Of a stretch of 64,000 nucleotides of DNA, positions 63,893 through 64,000 are shown piece by piece; the first letter of the stretch is position 1, and every line of letters begins with the position of its first letter. Source of the DNA: Setoptus koraiensis (Eukaryota > Animalia > Arthropoda). A program made the translations under genes and the position numbers. The notes beneath the pieces were generated by a model. The model did no database searches, was not told where the DNA came from, and saw nothing but the letters and a program-made list of their open reading frames with translations. Where the stretch lies: contig CM106586.1 in NCBI GenBank assembly GCA_048013815.1, forward strand, positions 22,320,001 to 22,384,000, in the 5' to 3' direction.

Positions 63893-64000
63893 AAAGTTTA
63901 TAAATTAGCTTGACACACTTACTTAATAAACTTACAAAACAGATAAATAAAACAGAGAGTGAGACAGGTTGCGAGTTCTTCTGTGATTTGAAGAGAGCGA

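Overview
This is eukaryotic (arthropod) DNA. It is probably a compact chelicerate/mite genome, inferred from shortened-Dscam cassettes, 54-57 nt introns and very large single-exon genes. No prokaryotic features, rRNA, tRNA or CRISPR were found. Left to right: (1) the 3' part of an R7-family RGS gene (+) convergent with an endosomal Na+/H+ exchanger (-). (2) Two intact sDscam-beta-like cassettes (-; leader + Ig + Ig + 21/24-nt microexon) with no constant region in the window. Between them lie an assembly gap, a hairpin cluster, a dead ORF and an 872-bp MITE with an 8-bp TSD. (3) A 1679-aa single-exon low-complexity protein with one C-terminal TM. (4) A ~1.8-kb patchwork at 22.1-23.9 kb carrying ankyrin ZU5 and ERR-like nuclear-receptor fragments, tied to a broken perfect hairpin. 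(5) A ~26-kb ORF-free, GGGCCC- and minisatellite-rich tract. (6) A 3493-aa single-exon type II M1 aminopeptidase with a ~1500-aa cytosolic extension. (7) A tandem duplication of the aminopeptidase 3' end plus a small unknown, possibly secreted gene. Protein families were recognised from remembered motifs; no database search was run, and counts and identities are manual.
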